DNA of 64,000 nucleotides, from NCBI GenBank assembly GCA_034521815.1, contig JAXHLW010000013.1:160001-224000 (forward strand), given 5' to 3'. This DNA is from Trueperaceae bacterium (GTDB lineage: Bacteria > Deinococcota > Deinococci > Deinococcales > Trueperaceae). Under the pieces are notes generated by a model that was given only the letters and a program-made list of their open reading frames with translations, searched no databases and was not told the DNA's origin. The translations under genes were made by a program, and so were the position numbers. Of this stretch, positions 22,218 through 32,209 are shown piece after piece; the stretch's first letter is position 1, and the number at the start of each line of letters is the position of its first letter.

Positions 22218-24470
22218 TCAGAAGGGATTGTCGGGGCGGTCCATGGCGCTCACGTCCGCGCCGAGGTCCGCGATCGAGTCGTGCAACAGCTGAATGACGT
22301 ACTGGCTGTTGTGCACGTAGGAGCCGGTGTCCTTCTTGGAGTACTGGTAGTTGTAGGCCGCGCGCATCAGGCGGGGCGTCCACGAGCGGTACTGGTTGCC
22401 GTAGTTCGCCTCGTCGGCATCGGGCTCGCCGTTGGCGTTCGTGTCGACGAAGAAGTACGGGTATGCGCTGCTGTCGTACACGATGGGCGTGCCCAGCGTG
22501 TCCGCGGCGTAGCTCTGCATCGCGTCGTACAGCATGGTCTGCATCGTGGCGATCTCGTAGTACGTGCCTTCGGTCGTCTCGCCGTCGCCGTCCCAGTCGC
22601 CCGGCCACTCGCGCAGGTCGCGGATGTCGGCGACCGTGGTGGCGTCGTGGCAGTCGGAGCAGGTGCTGACGATGTCGACCTGCTGGTTGTGGGGGTCGTG
22701 GCACTGCGTGCAGGTCGCGACGTCGGCGTCGTGTTCCCAGAACCCGACGTACTCCTGACCTTCGTACTCGTAACCGCCGCTGGCCTCGCCGCCGAAGCGG
22801 GTGGCCGCCGCCGCGAAGAAGTGCACGTTCACGAAGCCCAGGCCGTCGGCGACCTCGTCGTCGCCGGCGTCGCCGATACGGGCGTTCACGCTCTCGGTCG
22901 AGGCGCGACCCTGGTGACAGGTGGCGCACAGGTTGTCGCCGGAGTTGCCGAACGAGAGGACGGCACCGCTGGGGAACTCGACCTCTTCGAGCGAGAGCAC
23001 CTCGAAGTCGACGTTGTCGACGTGGCAGGTCGAGCACGCCATGCCTTGCGCGACGTCCTGCTCGATCTGCGTGCCGTGCAGAATCGAGAACGGCAGGCCG
23101 TCGGCGCTGTGGCAGGTCGAGCAGCTGGCGGGAACGGCGCCGTCTTCGTCCCAGTGGCGCCACGCTTCGGTGGTGGCGTCGAAGTGCCCCGCATCGTCGC
23201 GGCGGATCATCTCGACCATGCTCATGTCGAGCACCGGAATGCTGGAGACGAGCGCGCTGTGGTCGTAGCTGGCGGCCTGGGCCTGGACGTCGGGCTGGTC
23301 ACCCGGACGGCCCAGAGCCATCGTCGACTCACCGGTCGCCTCGGCGAGGTCCATGATGCTGTCGTGCAGCAGCTGGATCAGGTACTTCGCGTTGTGCGCG
23401 TAGCCGCCCGGATCCTTCGCCACGACCTGGTAGTTGTACGCGGCCTGCAGCAGGCGGGGCGTCCACGACTGGAAGCTGTTGCCGTAGTTGATCTCGTCCG
23501 CGTCCGCTTCGCCGTTGCCGTTGGTGTCGGCGAAGAAGTACGGGTAGGCGTGGCTGTCGTAGAGGACCTGCGTGCCGACGACCTGTTCCGAGTACGCCTG
23601 CATGGCGTCGTAGAGCAGCGTGTGCAGGTTCTCGATCTCGGTCTTGATGCCGGTGTAGATGTCGCCGTCGCCGTCGTAGTCGACGAACGATCCGGGCATG
23701 CGGATCTCGCGCACGTCCTCGATCGTGTCCGCGCCGATGTGGCAGGTGGCGCAGCTCTCGACCTCGAGCTCGAGCGTGTGGGGGTCGTGGCAGCTCTGGC
23801 AGCTGTCGTAGCCCTCGACGTGGTCGAAGCGGGGCTCGTAGTACGCGTTCTCGTACTCGAAGCCGCCGGCGGCCTCGCTGCCGTACAGCGTCGCGGCAGC
23901 CGCGTAGAAGTGGATGTTGATGAAGCCCTGCTCGGCCATGATCTCGTCCATGCCGACGCCGGCCTCTTCGATCGCCGTGCTCACCGTCGCACCGTTGGCG
24001 CGACCCTGGTGGCAGGTCATGCAGCTCGCTTCACGGCCCAGGTCGGTGAGGACGACGCCCGAGGGCATCTCGACCGTGGTGCGCTCGAGGGTGACCTCGT
24101 TGTGGCAGGTGCTGCACTGGATCACGCCGGGCTCCGACGCTTCGTCCACGACGCCGAACTCCGAGCCGTCGAGGCCCAGGTAGTCGGCGTGGCCGGCGCT
24201 GCTGTGGCACTGGCCGCAGCGGGTGGGCACCAGCGGGGGCTCGTCCTCGTTCCAGTGGACGAACGCCTCGGAGCTCAGGTCGGCGTGTCCGCTGCCGATC
24301 CAGTCCTCGAAGAAGGGCACCTCGACGTGGCTGTAGTTCATGTTCGGCGTGGCGGGCTCGCCCTGCGCGCTGGCCGTCGGCGTCAGCACGCCCGCGCCCG
24401 CGTCGACCGCGATGACGGTCACCCAGGTCGCGAGCAAGGCGATCACGGAAAGAATTCCTAAGCGTCTCAT
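22218..24470 (-). CDS. Exported decaheme c-type cytochrome made of two tandem pentaheme modules
   Basis: 10 CxxCH motifs (5 per half), N-terminal signal/TM segment, duplicated YPYFF-D-x-N-x-N-G and SWTPRL motifs. Confidence 0.9.
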   Translation of the reverse strand: MRRLGILSVIALLATWVTVIAVDAGAGVLTPTASAQGEPATPNMNYSHVEVPFFEDWIGSGHADLSSEAFVHWNEDEPPLVPTRCGQCHSSAGHADYLGLDGSEFGVVDEASEPGVIQCSTCHNEVTLERTTVEMPSGVVLTDLGREASCMTCHQGRANGATVSTAIEEAGVGMDEIMAEQGFINIHFYAAAATLYGSEAAGGFEYENAYYEPRFDHVEGYDSCQSCHDPHTLELEVESCATCHIGADTIEDVREIRMPGSFVDYDGDGDIYTGIKTEIENLHTLLYDAMQAYSEQVVGTQVLYDSHAYPYFFADTNGNGEADADEINYGNSFQSWTPRLLQAAYNYQVVAKDPGGYAHNAKYLIQLLHDSIMDLAEATGESTMALGRPGDQPDVQAQAASYDHSALVSSIPVLDMSMVEMIRRDDAGHFDATTEAWRHWDEDGAVPASCSTCHSADGLPFSILHGTQIEQDVAQGMACSTCHVDNVDFEVLSLEEVEFPSGAVLSFGNSGDNLCATCHQGRASTESVNARIGDAGDDEVADGLGFVNVHFFAAAATRFGGEASGGYEYEGQEYVGFWEHDADVATCTQCHDPHNQQVDIVSTCSDCHDATTVADIRDLREWPGDWDGDGETTEGTYYEIATMQTMLYDAMQSYAADTLGTPIVYDSSAYPYFFVDTNANGEPDADEANYGNQYRSWTPRLMRAAYNYQYSKKDTGSYVHNSQYVIQLLHDSIADLGADVSAMDRPDNPF

Positions 24471-24716
24471 CGAGCCTTTCACCTCCGAGCGGCTGGACCT
24501 ACGGTCCAGCTAGCCACGAGACTCCCAACGGTCGGACGACATGAGCCTAGCATGAGCGCTCGAGGAGTGTGCGATGAGAATGGGCGCACGCGGCTGATCC
24601 AATCGAAGCGTCCTCGCCGATCGCCCCGCCGCGAGACGCTTCGCGAGACCGTTGGCGAGTCGAGCCGAACGGGGTCGCCGAAGGCCTGTCCTGCACACGA
24701 ATTCGGCATGCATCGG

Positions 24717-24763
24717 ACACCACCGATGGTGTTTCGCGCGACTCGATGCACAACATCTGGTAC
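24717..24763 (+). promoter_or_regulatory. Tandem NrdR boxes
   Basis: ACACCACCGATGGTGT (24717-24732) and GCACAACATCTGGTAC (24748-24763), 31 bp apart, upstream of a ribonucleotide reductase. Confidence 0.75.
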
Positions 24764-24958
24764 TCCGGGCGTGAACTTCGCCCTTGCCGCCGACGCCCTG
24801 ATTCTGCTACGTTTGCCGTCGTCTTGCGACCCGCGACCGACCGGGCCGATCTCGCCACGACGCACCGACGCCGTCGGGGCGTGGACCGAACTCGCACCGG
24901 TCGCTGGACTCCGCCTTCCGTCCACCGCCCGCACTCACGATCCCGCAAGGAGAGCACC

Positions 24959-27728
24959 GTGTCTGATCACTCGCGCCACGACGACCCCCGGCTCGCCGCC
25001 TTCGACCCCCACGCCGTCACGATCGCCAAGCGGCAGTACTTTCAGCCCGGCGACGACGATCTCGGTGGGCTGTTCCGCCGGGTGGCGGACTGGGTCGCGA
25101 GCCCGGAGGCCGATGGTCGTGAGCGCTGGGCGGACGCGTTCTACGACCTGATGGCCGACAAGCGGTTCTGTCCGGGCGGACGGGTCCTGGCGGGCGCGGC
25201 GACGACCCACGGCAACGTCCTGAACTGCTTCGTTCAGGACGGCAGCCCGGCCGAGGAGGGCGGCAACGCCTGGGTGCTGACGCTGGCGACGAAGCTGGCG
25301 CTGGTCACCAAGGTCGGGGGCGGCAACGGCCTCAATCTCGACCCGATCCGGCCCAAGCGGGCCTACGACGGCGCCGGCGGAACGCTGTACCTCACCATGG
25401 ATCCCGGCCATCCCGACCATCCGAAGGTTCGCGACGGGACGTTCCTGGACCTCGTCCATGGGAGCTACGTCACGAAGGGGTACCGGACGGCGCGCTTCGT
25501 CGAGCGCAGCGACCTGCCCTCCGGCATCGAGGTGCGGGAGGTGGGGGACAGCGTCGACGCCATCTGGAAAGCCGCGGGCGAGGCGGCGATGACGCTGCTG
25601 GACGGTCACGACCTGGTGCTGGACCTCTCTAGCCTGCGGGCCGAGGGCACCCCGGTGAACGGGTCGGGCGGGACCAGCAGCGGGCCGTCGAGCTTCTCCG
25701 TCGAGGTGTTCGACAACTTCGCGACCTGGGCGGCCCTCGGGGGCGCCCAGCACGCAGGTCCCGTCGCGACGTTGCGGTACGTCTTCGCGCCCACGCTCCG
25801 CGTCATCCGCCAAGGGGGCACCCGCCGCGGCGCCGGGATGGCGACGCTGTCGATCACCCATCCCGACGTCCGCGACTTCGTGACCGCCAAGGACCTGGAG
25901 CGGGAGCAGGACGAAGGCGACATCTCGACGTTCAACATCAGCGTGCTGGTGAGCGACGCGTTCATGGCGTCCGCCCGCAGCGCGGGCCGGGGCATGCTGC
26001 GCGAGATCGCTCAGCACGCCTGGTCGACGGGCGAGCCCGGCCTCATCTTCATCGACCGGATCAACGCGCATAACCCGATGCGGGCGGCGTACGGCGACAT
26101 CAAGAGCACGAATCCGTGCGGTGAAATTCCATTGTACGCCGGCGAACCGTGCGACCTTGGTGCGATGAACCTCGCGGCGTACGTCGCAACCGTCGGCATC
26201 GGTATGGACGGCTTCGACCGCGAGGGCTTCCGAGCCGACGTGGCGACCACGGTGCGATTCCTCGACGACGTTCTGGACGTCAACCGCTTCGCGCTGGACG
26301 ACAACCGCGTCATGAGCATGAAGCTGCGGCGCCTCGGACTGGGCGTGATGGGCCTGGCGGACGCGCTGATCAAGATGGGCTACGCCTACGACTCGGACGA
26401 CGGTCGCTCGGCTGTGCACGCCATGATCTCGGAGCTCCACGACGCCGCGGTGGCGGCCAGCGAGGCGCTGGCCGAGCAGCGGGGGGCGTTCCCAGCGTTC
26501 GACGCGGCGGACCTCGATCGCGAGCGGCGCAACGTCGCCGTGCTCACCGTGGCGCCGACCGGAACGACCAGCATGCTCATGGGCGTCAGCTCCGGCGTCG
26601 AGCCGGTGTTCGCGCCGTTCGTCTACCGGAAGATCGGGGACGGCTACGCCGCGCTCATCCATCCACTGTTCCAACAGCTGCTCGATGGGCACGAACCGCA
26701 CCCCGACTATCGAGAAGGACGGCGGCTGGGACTGGGACGCGGTCGTCCAGCGCGTCCAGGACAACCACGGCTCCGTGCAGGGCCTCGATTTCGTGCCGGA
26801 CGACGTCAAGGCGGTGCTGATCTGCGCGCACGACATCCGACCGGCCGACCACGTGAAGATGCAGGGCGTGGTGCAGCGTGCCTTCGACGGGGGCGCCAAG
26901 GCGGCGAACTCGATCTCGAAGACGATCAACCTGCCCAACGCGGCCAGCGTGGACGACGTCTTCGACGCCTACGCCCTGGCGTTCGACGAGGGCTGCAAAG
27001 GGATCACGGTCTACCGCGACGGCAGCCGCCAGTTCCAGGTGCTCTCGACGAAGGCGGCGAAGAAGACCGACACGGACGCCGACGCGACGGTCGACGGAGA
27101 GGCCGGTGCGAACGGGGAGGTCGCGGCGGCGAGCGCGCCGGCCCACGACGACGACGCGGGATCGGGCGAGGCTGGAGGCGCGGCGCCGGTACGCATCGCG
27201 CCGCCGACCGCTGCGCAGCCCACCGTCCGAGAGGCCAAGATCGCGGCGCGCGCGAGGAGCGTGGACCGTCTGCCCGGCGAGCCGCTGTTCGACCGGCCCA
27301 GCCGACTCGAGGGGTTCACCGACGCCGTCAAGCTGACGCTCACCAGCGGCGAGTCGCGCGGCTTCTACGTCATCGTCAACAAGCAGGACGGGCTGCCGAG
27401 CGAAGTGTTCATCCTCTCGGGCAAGGCAGGTGACGAGGCGAACGCCGACAGCGAGGCGCTCGGGCGCGTGGTCTCGATCGCGCTGCAGTACGGCGTGCCG
27501 GCCGAGGCGCTCGTGAAGACGCTCCGCGGCATCAACGGCGGCATGTACGGCAGCTACCAGGGACGCATGGTGGCGTCGAAGGCGGACCTGATCGCCGTCG
27601 CGCTCGAGACCGCCGGCGTCCAGAACGTGTTGAACAACGGCAAGGGCTGCCCCGACTGCGGCGCGCCCCTTCGGTTCGAGGAAGGCTGCATGAAGTGCGA
27701 GAGCTGCGGCTTCAGCAAATGTGGATGA
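24959..27728 (+). CDS. nrdJ: Adenosylcobalamin-dependent (class II) ribonucleotide reductase with C-terminal TSCPD-like and Zn-ribbon region (one apparent frameshift ~26711)
   Basis: PGGRVLAG, NCFV, QGGTRRGA, TNPCGEI, CDLG, RRLGLGVMG, VAPTGT, ISKTINLP, KGITVYRDGSR, CPDCG...EGCMKCESCGFSKCG; AAGGAG RBS before GTG 24959. Confidence 0.93.
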
Positions 27729-27769
27729 GAAACCGACGTAGGACCGGGCGACCGACAGGCCACGGGACT

Positions 27770-28583
27770 CTAGACGTCGATCTGTCGGTAGCGTGCCTGC
27801 ACGATGGCGTAGAGCCCGTAGGCGATCAATCCGACGGCCAGGCCGCCCAACAGCCATGCTCCATACGGCGCACGGGCGGCGGCCCCCAACACCTCCGAGG
27901 AGCTCCCCGCCTCCTGCGGATCGATCTGCCACGCGGCCTGCACGAGGAAGAAACCGATCACCACGAAGACCGCGCCGCGCCCGATCAGGCCCGCAATGGC
28001 CAACACGTCCGCGATTCTCCTCCACCTCCGACATGTCGGCCAGATCCAGCTTGTCTCGGTACATCCTGCGGAAGGCGACCACGCCTGAGTTCACGGCCAA
28101 GGCGAACAGCGCCAGCGCTCCCGCCCCCGACCAGCCACCGTCCCCACGGCAGGGTGAGGACCCGCGCCGTCCACAGCTCCTGGCTCTGCGAATCGGAAGA
28201 CACGCCCATCTGCAGGAGCAGACGCCAAGCTTCGAGGGAGATCGACGCGTACGCCAGACCCGACACCAGGTAGCCGACTCTCTTGAGCAGTCCCTTGGCG
28301 TCGCGCCCCTTGCCCTCGACGTCCAAGACGGCTTGCGTCAGCCGCCAAAGCACGTACCCGACGAGCCCCACCGCGACGACCCCGATCATCGCCGTCCCGG
28401 ACGGCTGCTTGGACAGGCTCACGAGCGCCCCGGTCGATCCGGTGGCGCCGCCCCCGTGCCCAGCGCGACCTGACCGGCGAGAAGCCCGATCGCGACGTAG
28501 ACGATGCCCTTCACGAAGTAGCCGAGACGCGCGAAGCGCTCGACCCACGAGCCTACGTCGTTGTCGGGACTCCCGGTGCTCAT
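27770..28583 (-). CDS. DUF1206-type multi-pass membrane protein (several apparent frameshifts)
   Basis: ARLGYFVKGIVY, QPSGTAMIGVVAVGLVGYVLWRL, PWGRWLV, APYGAWLLGGLAVGLIAYGLY..VQARYR spread over several frames. Confidence 0.75.
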
Positions 28584-28689
28584 CGGGCCGATCCCACGGA
28601 CGAAGGGTTCGATCGGCTCGGCGTCCGACACGCTCGGCGTGTGTGACGCGTACGTGTCGACCACGTGAACGACCCCTCAAACTGACTCC

Positions 28690-29595
28690 ATGAATCTCGG
28701 TGATCGCGCTACCGTAATCTACAACGCGGACTCGGGCGCCGGAAATGGCGTGGGCATCGAAGAGATCGAGCGATGCCTGCGAGACCAGGGACTCGAACCC
28801 AGCGTGCACGAGGCGGAGTCCACCTCGGACCTCGACGCGATCCTGTCAGAAGCCAGCGGCCTCGTGGTCACCTGCGGCGGGGACGGAACGTTCTCCGCCG
28901 CGTGCGCTCAGCTGGCTGGCCGGGACGATGTGCAGATCGCGCACGTCGCCCTGGGGACCGCGAACAACATCGCGTATTCGCTCGGCATTCCGCCTCATTC
29001 CATCGAAGCCCTGGCGGATCTCGCTTCGCGTACGCCACGGCGGCTGAATCTCGGCAAGGTGAGCCAAGCGGACAAGACCGCCCGCTTCGTCGAGGGGTTC
29101 GGTTGTGGCGTGTTCGCGGAGCTGCTCCACAGGTACGACACCAGCCTCGGCAAGAGTCCGATGCGCGCCTTCACGACCCTCATCGACGTGTTGCCGTCGT
29201 TCGAACCGGTGACCGTGAAGGCCAGTGTGGACGGCCACGACGTGTCCGGCGAGTACCTGATGTTCTCGGTCCTCAACATGAAGCGGATCGGCCCCAGATC
29301 GAGCTCTGCGCCGGACGCCGATCCTTTCGACGGACAGTTCGACATCGTCGGCGTGAAGCCGGACGAGAGGGACAGTCTTCTCGGGTACGCCAAGGCGAGC
29401 ATGGCCGGCGACGTCGCCGAGCTCGACGGCGTCGTCCTCCGACGAGGATGCGACGTGGAGATCGCCCCCGACGACTTCATCTTCCACATCGACACGGACA
29501 CGTTCGAGGCGAGCGCGAGCAACGAGGACGATTCGATCCACGTCACCGTGGACGAGCATGCGGTGACGGTGCTCATTCCGGACCGTTGCGCGTAG
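28690..29595 (+). CDS. Diacylglycerol kinase family lipid kinase
   Basis: YNADSG, CGGDGT, LGTANNIA, GFGCG, DPFDGQFD. Confidence 0.85.
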   Translation: MNLGDRATVIYNADSGAGNGVGIEEIERCLRDQGLEPSVHEAESTSDLDAILSEASGLVVTCGGDGTFSAACAQLAGRDDVQIAHVALGTANNIAYSLGIPPHSIEALADLASRTPRRLNLGKVSQADKTARFVEGFGCGVFAELLHRYDTSLGKSPMRAFTTLIDVLPSFEPVTVKASVDGHDVSGEYLMFSVLNMKRIGPRSSSAPDADPFDGQFDIVGVKPDERDSLLGYAKASMAGDVAELDGVVLRRGCDVEIAPDDFIFHIDTDTFEASASNEDDSIHVTVDEHAVTVLIPDRCA

Positions 29596-30259
29596 ACCTG
29601 CACTGCCATAGCGAGGCGTCCGCGGACTGTTCGACCCCGCTGCGGCGACTCGGCGAACGCGCCATCGATCGCGGCGTTTCGGTGCTGGCCGTCACCGACC
29701 ACGACGCCATCTGGGGTGCCGAGGAGCTGGCCGCCATGAGCCGGACGGATCCTGCCTTGGAGAAGCTACAGGTCATCGTAGGAGAGGAGATCACGACGTC
29801 GCGTGGGGAGATCATCGGTCTGTTCCTGCGCGAGCGCATCCCTCCTGGAATCGACCCCCAGGAGGCCGTCCAGCGGATCCACGACCAAGGCGGCCTCGTC
29901 CTCCTGCCTCACGGGTTCGACCCCTTCAAGGCCGGACGGCTCCGCACGGACAGCGCGCGACGAGATCACCGCGGCCATCGACATCGTCGAAGCGTTCAAC
30001 CGACGCGATCAGCCTGCCGCGATTCAATCGGCGGGCCAGGGAGTGGGCCGCCGCGAACGGAAAGCCCGTGTCGGCCGGAACCGACGCGCATACGCTCGCG
30101 GAAGTGGGCCAGGCCTGGACCGAGGTGCCGGACGGGCGGGTCGAGTCGCCCGACGATCTTCGGGCGTTGTTGTCGAACGGCGAGATCCGAGGCGCGTGGC
30201 GTCAGCCGCTGATCGCGTACGTCGAGAAGGCGTGGTCGAGGATTCGCGGTGATTCCTAG
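29586..30259 (+). CDS. PHP-domain phosphoesterase (apparent frameshifts ~29950-30010)
   Basis: VDLHCHS, AVTDHD, GEEITT, PHGFD, VEAFN, AGTDAH. Confidence 0.82.
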
Positions 30260-30362
30260 CCTCCGGCCTCGCAGCCTCCGGCCTCGCAGCGTCCGGTTGC
30301 GCAGCGTCCGGTTTCGCAGTGTCCGGATCACCTCGGACGCCTCGGACGTTGGCGGAGGACTC

Positions 30363-31022
30363 CTAGGCCCTCGCCTGCTCATTCGTGCCAACCGAATAGG
30401 CGGCATGCACACCGAGCACCCAGGCCGTGGCCAGGATCCACCCCGCGATCACGTCGGACGGGTAGTGCACCAGCAGGTACGAGCGAGAGACGCCCACCGC
30501 CAAGGCGAATGCCGCTCCGATCGCCAACGCCGGCCAACGCCACGCTGGAGCTAGGGCTCGAACCGAGAAGTAGGCCGCCAACGCTACCGCCGTGCTGCCC
30601 ATCGCGTGCCCACTGGGAAACGAGAACCCCTCGGCATGGACCAGCGCTTCGAAGGCCTGAGGGCGTGGTCGCTCGAAGACGAGCTTGGCCAGTCCACTGA
30701 GGGCCATCGCTCCGAACACCGCGAGCCCGACGAAAACGGCGGACCTGGACCGGCGACGCCAAAGAAGGACGAACACGATGACGGTCAGCGGAGCGAGGAC
30801 GTACGATCCGCCCACGACGTTCAGGATCCCGGCCACCAGGTCGAGCCCAGGCGTCCGCCATCGATCCAGGGAATCGAGGATCACCCGGTCCAGGCCGATC
30901 GCGTCCCGCTCGACGACCTCCTCGGCAAGCAGGGCGAACATGACCAGTAGTCCGGCGAGAAAGCCCCAGTAGAGCCAGAGGCCGGCCGGCAAGCGCTGGA
31001 GCAGTCGGATCAGGCGTTTCAT
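30363..31022 (-). CDS. PAP2 family membrane phosphatase
   Basis: KLVFERPRP, SFPSGH, SRSYLLVHYPSDV. Confidence 0.9.
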   Translation of the reverse strand: MKRLIRLLQRLPAGLWLYWGFLAGLLVMFALLAEEVVERDAIGLDRVILDSLDRWRTPGLDLVAGILNVVGGSYVLAPLTVIVFVLLWRRRSRSAVFVGLAVFGAMALSGLAKLVFERPRPQAFEALVHAEGFSFPSGHAMGSTAVALAAYFSVRALAPAWRWPALAIGAAFALAVGVSRSYLLVHYPSDVIAGWILATAWVLGVHAAYSVGTNEQARA

Positions 31023-31096
31023 AGGAGTTTCACAATACGTTGGATGTCCCCCGGATCTGTGGACCGGGCTCGGGTGTCGGGAAGAGGTCTGGAGCA

Positions 31097-32122
31097 TCAC
31101 AGCTGACCGACGGCCGCTGGCCTACGCAAGAGCACGAATCGTCCTGGGGTCCGAGTGCCGCCTGGGAGGCGGGTTCGGTGCCCTCGATCCGTTCTTCCCC
31201 CTTCACGCCGCGTGGTGGGCCGATCGGCCGTGGCGCCGTCCGCAGCGATCATTACGGGCACCGCCTCGGCCCGCGCGAAGCGCAGGTCGGGGCCGTCCCC
31301 GTCCGCGTCCGCGTCCACCAGCAGGTAGCCCCGTTCGAACAGCGCGTGCATCCCTGCACGGAGGTGCAGCCGCCAGGCGCGGGCTGCGTCCGGTTCGCGC
31401 CGACGGAGCGTCTGAGCGTCCGCCGGCGCGCTCAGACGCACGAAGATCCTCTCGCCCGGATCGGCGATCGCTCCGGACGGTGCACCGTCGTCGAGCCGAG
31501 GCCCGGGATCGTCGCTCCCGTTCGCCGTTGCGCGGCCCGCCCCCTCGCCACGCGCCGAGACGTCGCGGTAGGGTTCGCCAGCGCGAGCGCGGACCCGGGG
31601 CGAGTTCAGGTCCCAGACCACCTCGATCCGGTCGGTCGGAAGGCCTGCGTTCAACGCGTCGCGGAGCTCGCCGTACAGATCATCGAGGTAGCGGTTGGAC
31701 ACCCCGCCCAGTCGGCCCAGGTTGAGCCGTGCGTTGCCGTGCTCCAGCGGATCGTACGTCCACAGGATGCGGCCGATGCCCGCGCGGAGCGACTCGGCTC
31801 GTTGCGCCCACTTGAGCGCGATGCCCAGGCCCTGGCCACGGGCCGCGGGAGCGACGGCCAGCAGATGCGAGCAGAGCGCCGCCGTCCCGTCGACGTCGAC
31901 GCCGCGGAAGCCGAAGCTGAACCCGACGATGCGGTCTCCGTCGAACGCGCCCAGGAGCTGGCCGCCGTGACGCACCGAGGTCATCAGCACGTGGAGCGGG
32001 ACGACCTCGACGTCGTCGAAGCCCCACACCTCGCGCTGGAGCTCCTCGATCGCGCGGAGCTCGGGCACCGTGGACAGGGGGCGGATGGGGAGCGGATCGC
32101 TCGGTCGGGAGGCGTCGTGCAT
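31097..32122 (-). CDS. GNAT acyltransferase (COG3375-like)
   Basis: LQREVWG, SHLLAV...RGQGLG..LK, WTYDPL...NARLN, PTDR. The C-terminal tail may be readthrough. Confidence 0.8.
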   Translation of the reverse strand: MHDASRPSDPLPIRPLSTVPELRAIEELQREVWGFDDVEVVPLHVLMTSVRHGGQLLGAFDGDRIVGFSFGFRGVDVDGTAALCSHLLAVAPAARGQGLGIALKWAQRAESLRAGIGRILWTYDPLEHGNARLNLGRLGGVSNRYLDDLYGELRDALNAGLPTDRIEVVWDLNSPRVRARAGEPYRDVSARGEGAGRATANGSDDPGPRLDDGAPSGAIADPGERIFVRLSAPADAQTLRRREPDAARAWRLHLRAGMHALFERGYLLVDADADGDGPDLRFARAEAVPVMIAADGATADRPTTRREGGRTDRGHRTRLPGGTRTPGRFVLLRRPAAVGQL

Positions 32123-32209
32123 GCCGCAGGGTAGCGCCCTCGCTCCCATCACGGGCGAAGGGGCGCACGTGTGCACCTCCCGTGAGCGGCGCCAAGCTAC
32201 CGTCCCCAC

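Noticed and set aside
24959-27728. Intein or programmed frameshift in the ribonucleotide reductase
   Set aside because: No intein splice or LAGLIDADG motifs and no slippery heptamer at the break; a single-base error is simpler.
30258-30326. Repeat array resembling a mini-CRISPR
   Set aside because: The units are contiguous 15-mers without spacers, and there are no cas genes in the window.
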